Source: an uncultured bacterium (GTDB lineage: Bacteria; UBP6; UBA1177). Taken from it: a stretch of 64,000 bases of DNA. Made by a program: the position numbers and the translations under genes. Location of the stretch: NCBI GenBank assembly GCA_905233945.1, contig CAJOFY010000022.1, forward strand, positions 1,490-65,489, given 5' to 3'. Below the pieces are notes generated by a model. The model saw only the letters and a program-made list of their open reading frames with translations. It was not told the origin of the DNA and searched no databases. This document shows, piece after piece, positions 1 to 9,768 of this stretch; position 1 is the stretch's first letter, and each line of letters opens with the position of its first letter.

Positions 1-103
1 CCGCTCCAAACCCATTATTTAGTTACACAAGAGTGCCATTTTTATTGAAAAAAAGTGAAAAAATTTCAAAAAAAATAAAGTTTTCGAAAAAGTATCAATA
101 AAA

Positions 104-1720
104 TCAGCCATTTTTCCCTTTAAAAAAAGTAGAGGAAAATAAGAGCACGGACATGCAGAACACAACAATATCTGCCGCAAGGAGATTTCCGGCCATAAAA
201 TTTCCGGCAATCAGAGTCCCGGTCATCAGAAATGCGGAACTCATGCGTGTTATCATTTTTGACACAAATCTCCTCTCCGAAGTATTTAAAATAACCATCA
301 TTCTGTGCTGAATGGTACCGTTTTCCAGTTTTTCAGTGATGTTCGTTATCGAATCGGGCATGGCATGAATCGTATCCACGATTTTTTCGACCGCGCTCGT
401 CGCTTCGGCAGCGATGTTTTCAGGAGTGAATTTCTGCAGCATGACCTCTTTTGCAAGTTTCCCTGCAACGGTCATCAACTCGAAATCGGGGTCAAGTTTT
501 CTGCAAAGTCCTTCAATCATTGAGAAACTTTTTATAAGCTGGGTAAGTTCATGCGGAATTTTCAGTTTGTATTTAAAGATAACGACCGAAATTTTGCTGA
601 CGAGCTCTGCAGTGTTTATCTCGGCTAAATTATCAGGCAGATCCTGAAAAATATTGCTTAAATCGCGGACAAAAAGCTCTTTGTCGGGAATTTCCTCGCC
701 TTCGTTGAGCTCAAGGCAGATTCTTGCCGTTCTTTCCCAGTCTTTAGCGACAAAAGCAATAAAAAGATCAGCCAGCTTGTTGCGCATATACTTGTCGACA
801 TATCCGCACATTCCGGTATCTATAATAGCTATCTTGTTGTTTTTCTTAAAGAAAATATTGCCTTCGTGCAAGTCTGCGTGGAAAAATCCGTCGTTGAGAA
901 TCATTTTCATCAGAACATCCGCTCCGCGTTCGGCAATAATCCTTCTGTCAAAAAGCTCTTCGTTTTCCGGAAGTATCACTTCATCCAGCTTCATTGCGAA
1001 AATTCTTTCCATTACAAGCATGGCGCCGGTACAGTACTCGCTGTACATTTTAGGGAACTGAAGCCAGCTCCACTTAGGAGAACTGAAATTTCTGATGAAT
1101 TTTTCGTTGTTCGACTTTTCTATAAGCAGATTGAGCTCTGTGTTCATTGTCTGGAAAAACTCATCGGCTATGGCTTCAAAATCTATATTCTGCGAATAGG
1201 ATGTTTTGTTTATGTAGTGCGCAATCGTCAAAATGAGCCCCATGTCGTCACGGATTGTCTCTGTGATCCCCGGTTTTCTTACCTTTACAACAACTTTTTC
1301 GCCCGTTTCCTTCAAAGTCGCGCCGTAAACCTGCGAAATCGAGGCCGAAGCAATCGGATTTTCGTCAAATTCAGAGAAAACATCCTCTATTTTTGCACAC
1401 AATTCACTTTCAATTATCGGTTTCATCAGGTCGAATCCGATAGGTTTCACGTTGTCGGTCAGCTTTTTGAACTCTTCAGCCATCGTGGCCGGAATAATAT
1501 CGCTTCTGAGCGACATCATCTGCCCTAATTTTATAAAGGTCGTGCCGAGTTCCTCGAACGCCTCGCGGATATTTTTCTCAAGCCTGCCGTCGGTTTCCTC
1601 TTCCGAAGGTTTTTTGATTCCGAACTTTTTGAAAAGTGCCTGAGGAAGATACTTGCCGAGCCCGTGCTTGTTGAGAACGGCAATGATTTCCCTGGTTCTT
1701 TTAAATTTGTTAAGATCCAT
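104..1720 (-). CDS. ABC1/UbiB-family atypical protein kinase
   Basis: 538-aa ORF with N-terminal KxGQ-type ABC1 kinase motifs (…FIKLGQMMSLRSD…, HADLHEGNIFF, DTGMCG); full-length family architecture. Confidence 0.8.
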   Translation of the reverse strand: MDLNKFKRTREIIAVLNKHGLGKYLPQALFKKFGIKKPSEEETDGRLEKNIREAFEELGTTFIKLGQMMSLRSDIIPATMAEEFKKLTDNVKPIGFDLMKPIIESELCAKIEDVFSEFDENPIASASISQVYGATLKETGEKVVVKVRKPGITETIRDDMGLILTIAHYINKTSYSQNIDFEAIADEFFQTMNTELNLLIEKSNNEKFIRNFSSPKWSWLQFPKMYSEYCTGAMLVMERIFAMKLDEVILPENEELFDRRIIAERGADVLMKMILNDGFFHADLHEGNIFFKKNNKIAIIDTGMCGYVDKYMRNKLADLFIAFVAKDWERTARICLELNEGEEIPDKELFVRDLSNIFQDLPDNLAEINTAELVSKISVVIFKYKLKIPHELTQLIKSFSMIEGLCRKLDPDFELMTVAGKLAKEVMLQKFTPENIAAEATSAVEKIVDTIHAMPDSITNITEKLENGTIQHRMMVILNTSERRFVSKMITRMSSAFLMTGTLIAGNFMAGNLLAADIVVFCMSVLLFSSTFFKGKNG

Positions 1721-1728
1721 CTTTCACC

Positions 1729-2448
1729 TTACAGATAAGTTCTGACAAATATTTTGTCACGTTTCGTGATGCGCCTCATTTCCATCGCCATTCTTTCAAG
1801 CTGCTCCGTTGAATAGCTTTCCGATGCCTTCGCCTCAGCCGAATAAGCGTTGTCACAGATAAATTTCTGTAGATAATAAACAGCGTTTTCCGGAATAAAA
1901 TCAGCCATTTTGCAAAGACGCTCGTAACTTTCCACAAGTTTCGGATACATCGTCGTGCGGTATTCGACTTTAGAATTCGTCTGCTTTTCCAGAAGCTCTT
2001 TTGTGGCAAGAAGTTTCTGCTCGACCTCTTTTTTCGGAAGTTTGCAGCCGAGTTCGCCGTAAAGGTCGGGAGTCGTTTTTATGTCGATCGCGATATACGA
2101 AAGATAAGGCAAAATTTTTTCAATAAATTCAGGCTTTAATCCGTTTGAATCGATCTTCACGTCGATACCGAAACGCTCTTTTATCTCTTTCACAAGGTCG
2201 ATAAGTTCATCGTAAAGCGAAGTCTCTCCGCCAGAAAACGAAACACCGTCGATGAATTTCAGCCTTTTCTGGATATCGGAAATTATATAATCCCTCGAAA
2301 GCCATTTTTCCTGCGGCGGAACCTCGAAAAGCGAGGAATTATGGCAGTAAGGACAGCGGAGATTACAGCCCGAAAAGAAAAAAAGAGTCGCAATTTTTTC
2401 CGGAAAATCGACTAACGAAGTCTGGACCTGACCGGTTATCGGAAGCAT
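1729..2448 (-). CDS. radical SAM activating enzyme (anaerobic RNR / PFL-activase family)
   Basis: CNLRCPYCHN CxxxCxxC cluster near N-terminus, GGE motif (SFSGGETSL), ~239 aa typical of glycyl-radical enzyme activases. Confidence 0.65.
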   Translation of the reverse strand: MLPITGQVQTSLVDFPEKIATLFFFSGCNLRCPYCHNSSLFEVPPQEKWLSRDYIISDIQKRLKFIDGVSFSGGETSLYDELIDLVKEIKERFGIDVKIDSNGLKPEFIEKILPYLSYIAIDIKTTPDLYGELGCKLPKKEVEQKLLATKELLEKQTNSKVEYRTTMYPKLVESYERLCKMADFIPENAVYYLQKFICDNAYSAEAKASESYSTEQLERMAMEMRRITKRDKIFVRTYL

Positions 2449-2663
2449 TTTTCCCTCCTGAAAAACAAAAAACGCAGGATACTACCACAAAAGAGCAAAA
2501 AGGACAATTCTTTCAATACCCGAAAGCGATACGAAGCACGGATTTCAGCAATCAATCTCAAGAGAATTAAGCGGAAGTTTTTGTTAGCAAACCTTTCGAT
2601 TTGATTCCATCGAATGGGGGCATTGGGGAAGCTCTAAGCTGTTATTCTATCAATTTTTTGTCT

Positions 2664-3356
2664 CTAATCAGCTCTTCTGACACAACGGACACTGATACCA
2701 TTATCATCCACGCGGGTCATCCCCACCGAACCGGACATGAAATCCACAAAATAATGATAGGAACTGTCAGTGAAATTATCAAGGGCAGATGAAGACCACA
2801 GAGTAGTTTCCCTCGTCTCTCCAATATCCAATTTGCTGTATTGACCAGGATTGTCGAAATCGGAAGGGCAGCCGGAGCAGGCATCATTTCTGCAGTCAGA
2901 ATAAACCAGACAGTTGTTGGTAACTCCGCATTCTCCGCCAGTCTGTGTTGCAGGACAGTTCTTGATAAGAGAACGAAGCTCGTCGATAGTCGGCAAACGC
3001 CAGTTTGAATAACCGCATGCAGTCAGATTATCGCAGCCTGAGAAGGCATCATACCAACTATGGGAGTGCCACACTTCTGACCATATTCTGCCGTTTTCCT
3101 GAATGCATGAACCAGAATCAATGTCGTCGTTGTCATTTACAGAATCATCAGAGGAATCGCCGGAAAGCGAACCCGTTTCTCCCACGGAATCGCTGCCGTT
3201 ATCGGCTGTTTTTCCGGAATTGCCGCTGCCTCCGCAGCCAAAAATAACAAGCGACACGCAAAAAAGCCCTAAAACAATGATTTTCTTCATGAAACCCTCG
3301 AAATGAAAAGTGCATAAAATCAACGCAAAGCATAAAGAAAGTATGGATTTTTTCAA
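2664..3356 (-). CDS. secreted lipoprotein with Fib_succ_major/DUF1566 (Lcl C-terminal-like) domain
   Basis: Signal peptide plus lipobox (…VIFGCGGS), Ser/Asp-rich linker, conserved YSNWRLPTIDELRSL motif characteristic of Fibrobacter major paralogous domain. Confidence 0.7.
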   Translation of the reverse strand: MKKSILSLCFALILCTFHFEGFMKKIIVLGLFCVSLVIFGCGGSGNSGKTADNGSDSVGETGSLSGDSSDDSVNDNDDIDSGSCIQENGRIWSEVWHSHSWYDAFSGCDNLTACGYSNWRLPTIDELRSLIKNCPATQTGGECGVTNNCLVYSDCRNDACSGCPSDFDNPGQYSKLDIGETRETTLWSSSALDNFTDSSYHYFVDFMSGSVGMTRVDDNGISVRCVRRAD

Positions 3357-4130
3357 TTACGCTTTTCTGTTCACCAGATGATAGTCTCTCTGCGCTGTCG
3401 GATAAATTATCATGTCTGAAACATTGACGTGCGGAGGTCTTGTGACAACATAAAGAACCGCGTCGGCGATGTCTTCTGCGTGGAGCGGCTCGTAACCTTC
3501 GTAAACTTTGTCGGAGCGGGCCTGATCACCTTCAAATCTGACCATGCTGAACTCTGTTTCGACTGCGCCGGGATCGATCGTGGTCACGCGCAGCGATGTT
3601 TTGAGAAGATCTTTTCTGAGACCGTTCGTTATCGCGTTGACGGCATGTTTTGTAGCGCAATAGACCGTGCCGCCGGGATATGTTCCGCGTCCTGCGGTCG
3701 AACCGATGTTTACGATGTGACCTTTGTCGCGTTTTACCATTCCTGGAAGGACGGCTTTCGTGACATAAAGCAGACCTTTGACGTTCGTGTCGATCATCTG
3801 CTCCCAATCGGAAATTTTGTTGTCGTAAAGCGGCGTCATGTCTTTTGCAAGGCCGGCGTTATTTACCAGAATCTCAATATTTTTAAATGCTTTTGGAAGT
3901 TTCGCGAAAAATTTTTCGACATCTTTCTGGTTTCTGACATCAAGAACTCCGCCGAAGCATTTGATTCCGTATTTTTCAGTCAGATACTCCGCGAAATCTT
4001 TGATTTTATCCTCTCTTCTCGCCGAAATTACAAGGTTGCAGCCAGCTTCCGCCAGAGCTTCGGCAGTTGCCGCGCCTATTCCCGAACTTGCACCCGTCAC
4101 ACATGCGGTTTTTCCAGAAATATCGAACAT
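3357..4130 (-). CDS. short-chain dehydrogenase/reductase (NADP-dependent, YdfG-like)
   Basis: TGASSGIGAATA Rossmann motif; NNAG; YxxxK catalytic region (YCATKHAV). Confidence 0.8.
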   Translation of the reverse strand: MFDISGKTACVTGASSGIGAATAEALAEAGCNLVISARREDKIKDFAEYLTEKYGIKCFGGVLDVRNQKDVEKFFAKLPKAFKNIEILVNNAGLAKDMTPLYDNKISDWEQMIDTNVKGLLYVTKAVLPGMVKRDKGHIVNIGSTAGRGTYPGGTVYCATKHAVNAITNGLRKDLLKTSLRVTTIDPGAVETEFSMVRFEGDQARSDKVYEGYEPLHAEDIADAVLYVVTRPPHVNVSDMIIYPTAQRDYHLVNRKA

Positions 4131-4207
4131 TTTCCACCTCGAAAAAGTTTATAAACAACAAAAACGGGGCAATTATACTCAAAATTTCAGAAATTTCGAC
4201 AGAAAAC

Positions 4208-5602
4208 TTATTTTTTATCAGATTTGAGAAGTTCTTCGTACGCACCGGTAAGATTTTTTCCGCTGCGCGATGATTCAAGGAGAAATTTTTCGAGCGGAGC
4301 ACGCCAGCTCACGGTTGTCGTAACACCTTGGGAATCTGTAAAGCGGTAGCCGTCTCCTCCTTTGTAGATAAAGTCGGTCGTAACGACCCTATAAGTTTTT
4401 TCAGCGTCGATTTTTTCAATATTTTTAAGACAGTAGGCATTTTCAGAAAGTGATATATTGTAAATCAGGTCCTCGCCTTTGATCGTTGCGGCAACGATGA
4501 AATTGTCGAAAGGAAAAATCGAAAGAATGTCGCTTTTTTTGACATCACCCGCCTTTATCGAGTCCCTGAAACCGCCGGGATTGCTGAGCGCAGCATCGTA
4601 ATCGGGAAATGATTCAAGCATCGAACAGACGAAAAGTTTCTGCAAAACCGGCGTGTCAAGCGGTTTGTCGGCAAAAATAAGTTTCGCGCCGGCTGTTTTT
4701 TCAAGCTGCACAAGATATTTGTCGAGAGTTTTTTTGACTTCGAGCGAACCTTTTGATTTCAGCGATATTTCCCTTTTCAGAGGAACGATTTCCGCTTTGA
4801 CGACTTTCGAATTTTCACCTTTTTTTTCAATCATAACCTTCGCATAGCTCTTGAGATAGCCTGCGTTCTGGACAAAAAAGACACCCTTGATCTGTTCAAC
4901 TGCCTCTTTATGGTCGTGGCCGGTAAAGACGACAAGCGGCTTTTGCCTGAGATTTTCGACCCACTTTTCCGCATCTTTGTACGATTCATGCGCAATAACG
5001 ATATTGACAGGAGCTTTTTCCTTTGCTATCGCCCGCGACACCGGAGCAGCAGGGTTTGTCAGCAGCGATTCCATGAAAACCTCAGCTGTCGTTATCCGTT
5101 TCGTCTCTTCGGTTATTGTTGCGACAAAAAGCATTTTCGTATTTCCGGCATAGTGTACAAAATACGGTTCCAGCACAGTTTTCATATCTTTTGAGACAAG
5201 GTTTGAAGATATATAGGGCATTTTTGCCAGACGGCTGTTGTCCGCCAGCGCAGTTTTGCCGAAATCAAAATCGTGGTTGCCTAAAGCTGAAACTTTGTAG
5301 CCCAAAAGTCCCATTGTTTCAGCCATTGATGCCCCTCTAAAAAATGTCGAAACGGCTGTTCCGGTATAGCTGTCTCCGCCCGAAATCTTGACAATCGAGC
5401 AGTTTTTGCAGTTTTCCGCCTCTTCCTCCCACATTTCGTAAAGAGCGACACCTTTGTACCAGCCGTCGTTTTCGTAGATGTGGCCGTGTTCGTCATTGGT
5501 GTAGAGCAGAAGAATCGTCTCAGTTTTTTCTTCGCCGAAGAAGCTGCATCCGCTCAGGAGAAAAATTAAAAAAACTATCAAAAACCGGCTGTTCATTTTC
5601 AC
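4208..5602 (-). CDS. lipoprotein 5'-nucleotidase / calcineurin-like metallophosphoesterase
   Basis: Lipobox LLSGCSFF; metallophosphatase motifs NDEHGH, GGDSYTG, GNHDFD; C-terminal 5'-nucleotidase-like domain. Confidence 0.75.
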   Translation of the reverse strand: MKMNSRFLIVFLIFLLSGCSFFGEEKTETILLLYTNDEHGHIYENDGWYKGVALYEMWEEEAENCKNCSIVKISGGDSYTGTAVSTFFRGASMAETMGLLGYKVSALGNHDFDFGKTALADNSRLAKMPYISSNLVSKDMKTVLEPYFVHYAGNTKMLFVATITEETKRITTAEVFMESLLTNPAAPVSRAIAKEKAPVNIVIAHESYKDAEKWVENLRQKPLVVFTGHDHKEAVEQIKGVFFVQNAGYLKSYAKVMIEKKGENSKVVKAEIVPLKREISLKSKGSLEVKKTLDKYLVQLEKTAGAKLIFADKPLDTPVLQKLFVCSMLESFPDYDAALSNPGGFRDSIKAGDVKKSDILSIFPFDNFIVAATIKGEDLIYNISLSENAYCLKNIEKIDAEKTYRVVTTDFIYKGGDGYRFTDSQGVTTTVSWRAPLEKFLLESSRSGKNLTGAYEELLKSDKK

Positions 5603-5614
5603 CTCAAAAATCTG

Positions 5615-8422
5615 TTAAATCCCTACATTGAAATAAAAACTGACATCGTGTGTATCGGTTAGTCCGTATCCTGTTCCGAAAATGAACATCACGGGAGCAC
5701 GGTAGACAATGTATGTCAGAAGCCTGATTTCAAAGCCTGTTGAAGCAGAAAAATGACCGTTGAAAACTGAAACATCGTCAAAAACCGTTCCTGCATCGAA
5801 GAAAACAGCTCCCTGAATGTTTCTGAACATGAGCGGAAACGCGCCAAGGTTGCTTTCAAGCGAAACGATGTGGAACTGAAGCTCATTCCTTGACAAAAAA
5901 GCGTGATGACCTTCAGCCACGGTTCCGTTGAAGCCGCGCATAAGAAGCGAATATGAATTCCGGCCGATAAAATCGTTCAAATCGGTGATTCTTCTCTCTT
6001 CTTCCGCGCCGGTCACAGAAATTTCCTCATCCGAAAGGAATTCCATATAAAACGAATTTTTTGTAACAAATCCCAGCTTTCCGCTTTTTGAAAGGAGAAA
6101 ACTCAAAGTTATCTGCGGCGCGAATGTCAGTTCCTCGTTTTTAGTGAGGAAAAGTTTTGAAAAAACAACCGGGGCTGAAAACGAGAAATTGTTCATCGGC
6201 TCGCTCAAAAAACGGCTCGACGAATTAAAATTGAGGTTGAAAGTATAATTCAAGCCGAAACTCAAAATCACGTCGTCTTCGTCTTTCGCCCTCTCCTGTT
6301 GCGGCTTTCGCGGTTCTTTGACATCCATCGTGACTCCGCCGATCCCGGCACTCCAGCCTAAAGAATGACCGACTGAAACGACGTCGGAAAGCGCGCCTGC
6401 CGCCGGATGGCTGAAAACGCCTGTAGATGCAGCGCCGAGCATAAAACGGTTCGTCAGAACGCGGGAAACATCGGGATCATCAACATTTTCAGTCTGATTT
6501 GAATAGTTGAAAAACGCGCGGAATGAAGGGAGGACCGCATCATCGTAATAGTTGAGAAGCACATAGTGACGGCCGCTCCCGCCGAAAGTTTTTGTGTAAG
6601 TTATATCGTAGGAGCGCATCTGGTCATTCGATTTTCCCATTACAGTCGCACCGACAAGCCAGACATCGAAATTGGTCGAAAACTGCGGATACCAGAGCGA
6701 TGGAAACATTCCTTCGTAAAATTTTGCTTTCGAAAGTTCGTGCTTCAGCTCATCCTTTTTCCCTTTTTCAACCGTAGTGACACTTGCCTGCAAAGTTTCC
6801 GCGCCGTTTTCATCGATCTCGCAGGAATCGGGATAGAATCCGTCGTTATCGAAAGTGAGAAAATATACTTTTTTGTCAAAAACTTTCGGAAAAATTGCTG
6901 TTTCAGACAATGTACAGAGCTGAACCGCCTCGTTTTTTTCCAAATTCAGGCGCATCGGAACTATTTTTGCCCCTTTTTCGCTTGAAAACACCAGGGTTTT
7001 GTCATTCTCGAAGTGGACGCTGTACTGCTCGCCGGGAATGTCGATTTCCTTGAGTTCGCCGCTTTCGATATCAAAAAGGAAAATGTTCTTCTCGCTTTCA
7101 AAGCGGTTTCCGCTGAAGGCCATGATTTTTCCGTCTTCCGAAAAAGTTAGGCTGTAGATCGAATCGATTTTCGGAAATTCCCATTCTTTCAGAACTTTGC
7201 CGCTGTAATCGATTTGCGTTATGCGGTTTATTCCGTCACGGAAAGATGTGAAAAATATGTCATCGTTTTTACCGAAAAAGGCTTCGAGAACGCTTCCGTT
7301 TTCGGTGAGCTGACGAATCTGCGAATTTTTTTCCTTCAAAAAGAGTTCGGATCTCGAGAACCTGCCGCCGTTCTGCACTGTCTGAGTGAAAATAGTGATT
7401 TCATCCTTTTCAGCAAACGAATCGACGCGGCTCATAAGCCCCAGCTTATTCATTTTTCTGCCGTCAAAACTAAAAAGCGCACGTTCCGACTGGTTTGCGG
7501 CAAAAAAGCGGTAATCAGTGGAGTCAAGATCGGCGTAAACTGTCGAAAAACGTTCTTCCGTCCAGGGTTTTGCGGCTTTTTTTGACTCATTCAGAACCCG
7601 TTCGCGGTTTCCACGGATAAAATCTTTGTAAAGCCCGTAGATCGACTTGTGGAAAGCCATTTTTCCGGCACGCGTCATGAGAAACGGGAAAAAGTCGTCG
7701 CTCAGTTCCTCGAAAAAGCGTTTCATCCCGTCGGCACCGACCTTTTCAACAAGATAGCTGTAGAAAAAAGTGCCGTAAAGATAAGGGAGATTGCCGCCGA
7801 GCCAGTGGTCAGTGACACCCGAAAGCTCGCCTAACTTCAACTCAGTTCCCGCCTTGAAAAATGAGTCGAGATAACTTTTGTAAAGCGGACTGTTGAGACG
7901 CCCCTTCCCTTCCGAAATGCTTTCGCTGTAAACCGCCGCACCTTCGATCATCCAGGTCGGAACCGTTCCGCCGATGAAGTAGAAATCACCGAAAATGAGG
8001 TTCATCACTCTCGGAAATCCGCGCGCCTGCCCGATCTGCGTCGAATGGGTGTATTCGTGGACATGCAGACCGAATTCCCAGTTTTTGTAACTTGAAAGCG
8101 TGGAATATCTTTCCGGAGGATAAATATAGAGAAATATTGAGTTTTTCATAAAAGCATTAGACCAGCCGTTCGCCGTGTCGGTCTCTCTGTCGTAAACCAC
8201 GGCAATCTTTTTTTTCGGAGTCCAGCCATAAAGTTCTTTTATGAACTCTTCGGAACGCTCGGCATCAGCGATGAGCCTGTCAATGACCGACGGATCAAGA
8301 TTCGATGAAAAATAAAGGATCTGGTGCTCAGTCTCATACTTTGAAAATGAGACAGCTTCTTCAGCAAAAAGGGTGAAAGAGAAAAGAAACGTTAAAAGTG
8401 AGATTAGAAGTAATTTTTTCAA
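5615..8422 (-). CDS. large secreted protein with HExxH zinc-metallopeptidase motif and beta-propeller (TolB/WD40-like) region
   Basis: Signal peptide; HEYTHS (HExxH) at ~aa 120; repeated beta-strand-rich propeller-like segments; aromatic-rich C-terminus. Confidence 0.45.
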   Translation of the reverse strand: MKKLLLISLLTFLFSFTLFAEEAVSFSKYETEHQILYFSSNLDPSVIDRLIADAERSEEFIKELYGWTPKKKIAVVYDRETDTANGWSNAFMKNSIFLYIYPPERYSTLSSYKNWEFGLHVHEYTHSTQIGQARGFPRVMNLIFGDFYFIGGTVPTWMIEGAAVYSESISEGKGRLNSPLYKSYLDSFFKAGTELKLGELSGVTDHWLGGNLPYLYGTFFYSYLVEKVGADGMKRFFEELSDDFFPFLMTRAGKMAFHKSIYGLYKDFIRGNRERVLNESKKAAKPWTEERFSTVYADLDSTDYRFFAANQSERALFSFDGRKMNKLGLMSRVDSFAEKDEITIFTQTVQNGGRFSRSELFLKEKNSQIRQLTENGSVLEAFFGKNDDIFFTSFRDGINRITQIDYSGKVLKEWEFPKIDSIYSLTFSEDGKIMAFSGNRFESEKNIFLFDIESGELKEIDIPGEQYSVHFENDKTLVFSSEKGAKIVPMRLNLEKNEAVQLCTLSETAIFPKVFDKKVYFLTFDNDGFYPDSCEIDENGAETLQASVTTVEKGKKDELKHELSKAKFYEGMFPSLWYPQFSTNFDVWLVGATVMGKSNDQMRSYDITYTKTFGGSGRHYVLLNYYDDAVLPSFRAFFNYSNQTENVDDPDVSRVLTNRFMLGAASTGVFSHPAAGALSDVVSVGHSLGWSAGIGGVTMDVKEPRKPQQERAKDEDDVILSFGLNYTFNLNFNSSSRFLSEPMNNFSFSAPVVFSKLFLTKNEELTFAPQITLSFLLSKSGKLGFVTKNSFYMEFLSDEEISVTGAEEERRITDLNDFIGRNSYSLLMRGFNGTVAEGHHAFLSRNELQFHIVSLESNLGAFPLMFRNIQGAVFFDAGTVFDDVSVFNGHFSASTGFEIRLLTYIVYRAPVMFIFGTGYGLTDTHDVSFYFNVGI

Positions 8423-8434
8423 GGGAGATAAAAT

Positions 8435-8662
8435 TTATGCAACCTTACGATAATCGATTACCGAGATTTCCTGCATTATCTTTTTTGCGGCATCCACAAG
8501 TTGTTCCAAGCGTTCCGCTGTTTCTTCGGAATAATACTTTTCACCGCACTGGCTGCATTCCTCGCACGGAACATTCTTAATGATGATCACGCAATTGTTA
8601 TAGTTGACAACATGCGTCGTGGTCGAAGCCTTTAATTCAGAATTTTTGCAATACATACACAT
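8435..8662 (-). CDS. YgiT-type zinc-finger protein (MqsA-like antitoxin N-domain, no HTH)
   Basis: 75 aa with CxxC…CxxC (YCKNSE…CEECSQCGEKYYSEE) matching the YgiT/MqsA zinc-ribbon pattern; immediately downstream of and adjoining the DUF4258 ORF. Confidence 0.5.
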   Translation of the reverse strand: MCMYCKNSELKASTTTHVVNYNNCVIIIKNVPCEECSQCGEKYYSEETAERLEQLVDAAKKIMQEISVIDYRKVA

Positions 8663-8974
8663 TTATTTTGTCCTCCGTGTCTTTAAATCGCTTTCAAATT
8701 TATCCTTATCGGGAAAATATGCGGTCACAATATGTAAAAACTGTCCGTCGGTTCCACAAACTGTATGCAGAACGCGACCTTCCACATTGTGTCCGAATAC
8801 CAATGTACTCGGAATCGGGAAATCATTCGGATATTCCTCAATTATTTCACCGTTCATTATGCAGTTTTTAACGTCAGCTATCGAAATATTCCGTTCCTGC
8901 ATCCGCTCTAACCCGTGTTTTGTCCATTTTATTTTAGATGCTGAACACAATTTTTTTAGTGTTTCGATTTCCAT
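8663..8974 (-). CDS. DUF4258-family small protein (putative toxin of a TA-like pair)
   Basis: 103-aa ORF; KWTKHGLERMQERNIS motif typical of DUF4258; stop adjoins the start codon of the Zn-finger ORF (no spacer), toxin-first order as in MqsRA. Confidence 0.5.
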   Translation of the reverse strand: MEIETLKKLCSASKIKWTKHGLERMQERNISIADVKNCIMNGEIIEEYPNDFPIPSTLVFGHNVEGRVLHTVCGTDGQFLHIVTAYFPDKDKFESDLKTRRTK

Positions 8975-9100
8975 ACGAAGCTCCTGAAAACGAGACGTGT
9001 CAGGTCACGTCTCTACCACAAAAACCGCTGTATTATACTGAATTTTCCTAAAAATGCGAGTCTTTATTTCGTTGTATTTCCGGGAATTATTGCGATTTCG

Positions 9101-9137
9101 TTCAGTTCCCGTCAGTCAAATCGATCACTTGCGGTCT
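9101..9137. repeat. 37-bp direct repeat, copy 1 (TTCAGTTCCCGTCAGTCAAATCGATCACTTGCGGTC); forms the 3' coding end of ORF 9102..9671
   Basis: 34/37 identity with copy at 12681-12717, same orientation. Confidence 0.8.
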
Positions 9138-9671
9138 ATTCATTCTTTCTTCAATGAAATTCTTTATGCATAGCAGATCTTCCTTGTCTCCTTTTAGATA
9201 GAATGTCGCGATGTTGTCTGCTCCGCTTTTTGAGATTTCATTGTAGTTTACCTGTAAAATTTCTTCCCAAAGGACTTTTTTCATTGTTATGGAATTTATA
9301 TCTTTTATTCCGATTTCCAATGCTTTCTCAGTCACTAATCCTATACGGTCATGAAAAAGCAGAACATTGCATAGGGAAACGTTGATTCTTCCTCCAAGAA
9401 CAGCTGCGCGTGCTGAATGCTCATCATTATATCCGAAAAAAATTTTGCAATATTCTAAAATTTTTACCGGCTTTTCTTTTGCCTGAAGTTCTTTAGTTTT
9501 CGTATTCTGTTTTTTACGGGACCAAATTTCAGCCACAATAACAAGTACGAAAAAAATACCAGGAATAATTGTCCGAAATATGAGATCTGATGTCGAATGG
9601 GGTCTCGATTCAGCTTTTCCGAAAACGCTGAAACAAAAAAGAAAAATTGTTGAAAATATTATGCTTTTCAT
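9102..9671 (-). CDS. hypothetical membrane-anchored protein (possible bacterial PH-like domain)
   Basis: N-terminal signal/TM segments; C-terminal 37 nt are duplicated at 12681-12717. Confidence 0.4.
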   Translation of the reverse strand: MKSIIFSTIFLFCFSVFGKAESRPHSTSDLIFRTIIPGIFFVLVIVAEIWSRKKQNTKTKELQAKEKPVKILEYCKIFFGYNDEHSARAAVLGGRINVSLCNVLLFHDRIGLVTEKALEIGIKDINSITMKKVLWEEILQVNYNEISKSGADNIATFYLKGDKEDLLCIKNFIEERMNRPQVIDLTDGN

Positions 9672-9768
9672 TCGTATTTGTCGTTTGGTTCACAAACTTG
9701 TTCGTAAATTATTTTACAATTAAGTTTGTCATACATCACATATTCTCTGTATTTTTCGTTCATAAAAC

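Noticed and set aside
866-1528. 220-aa plus-strand ORF
   Set aside because: Lies within and antisense to the ABC1 kinase gene.
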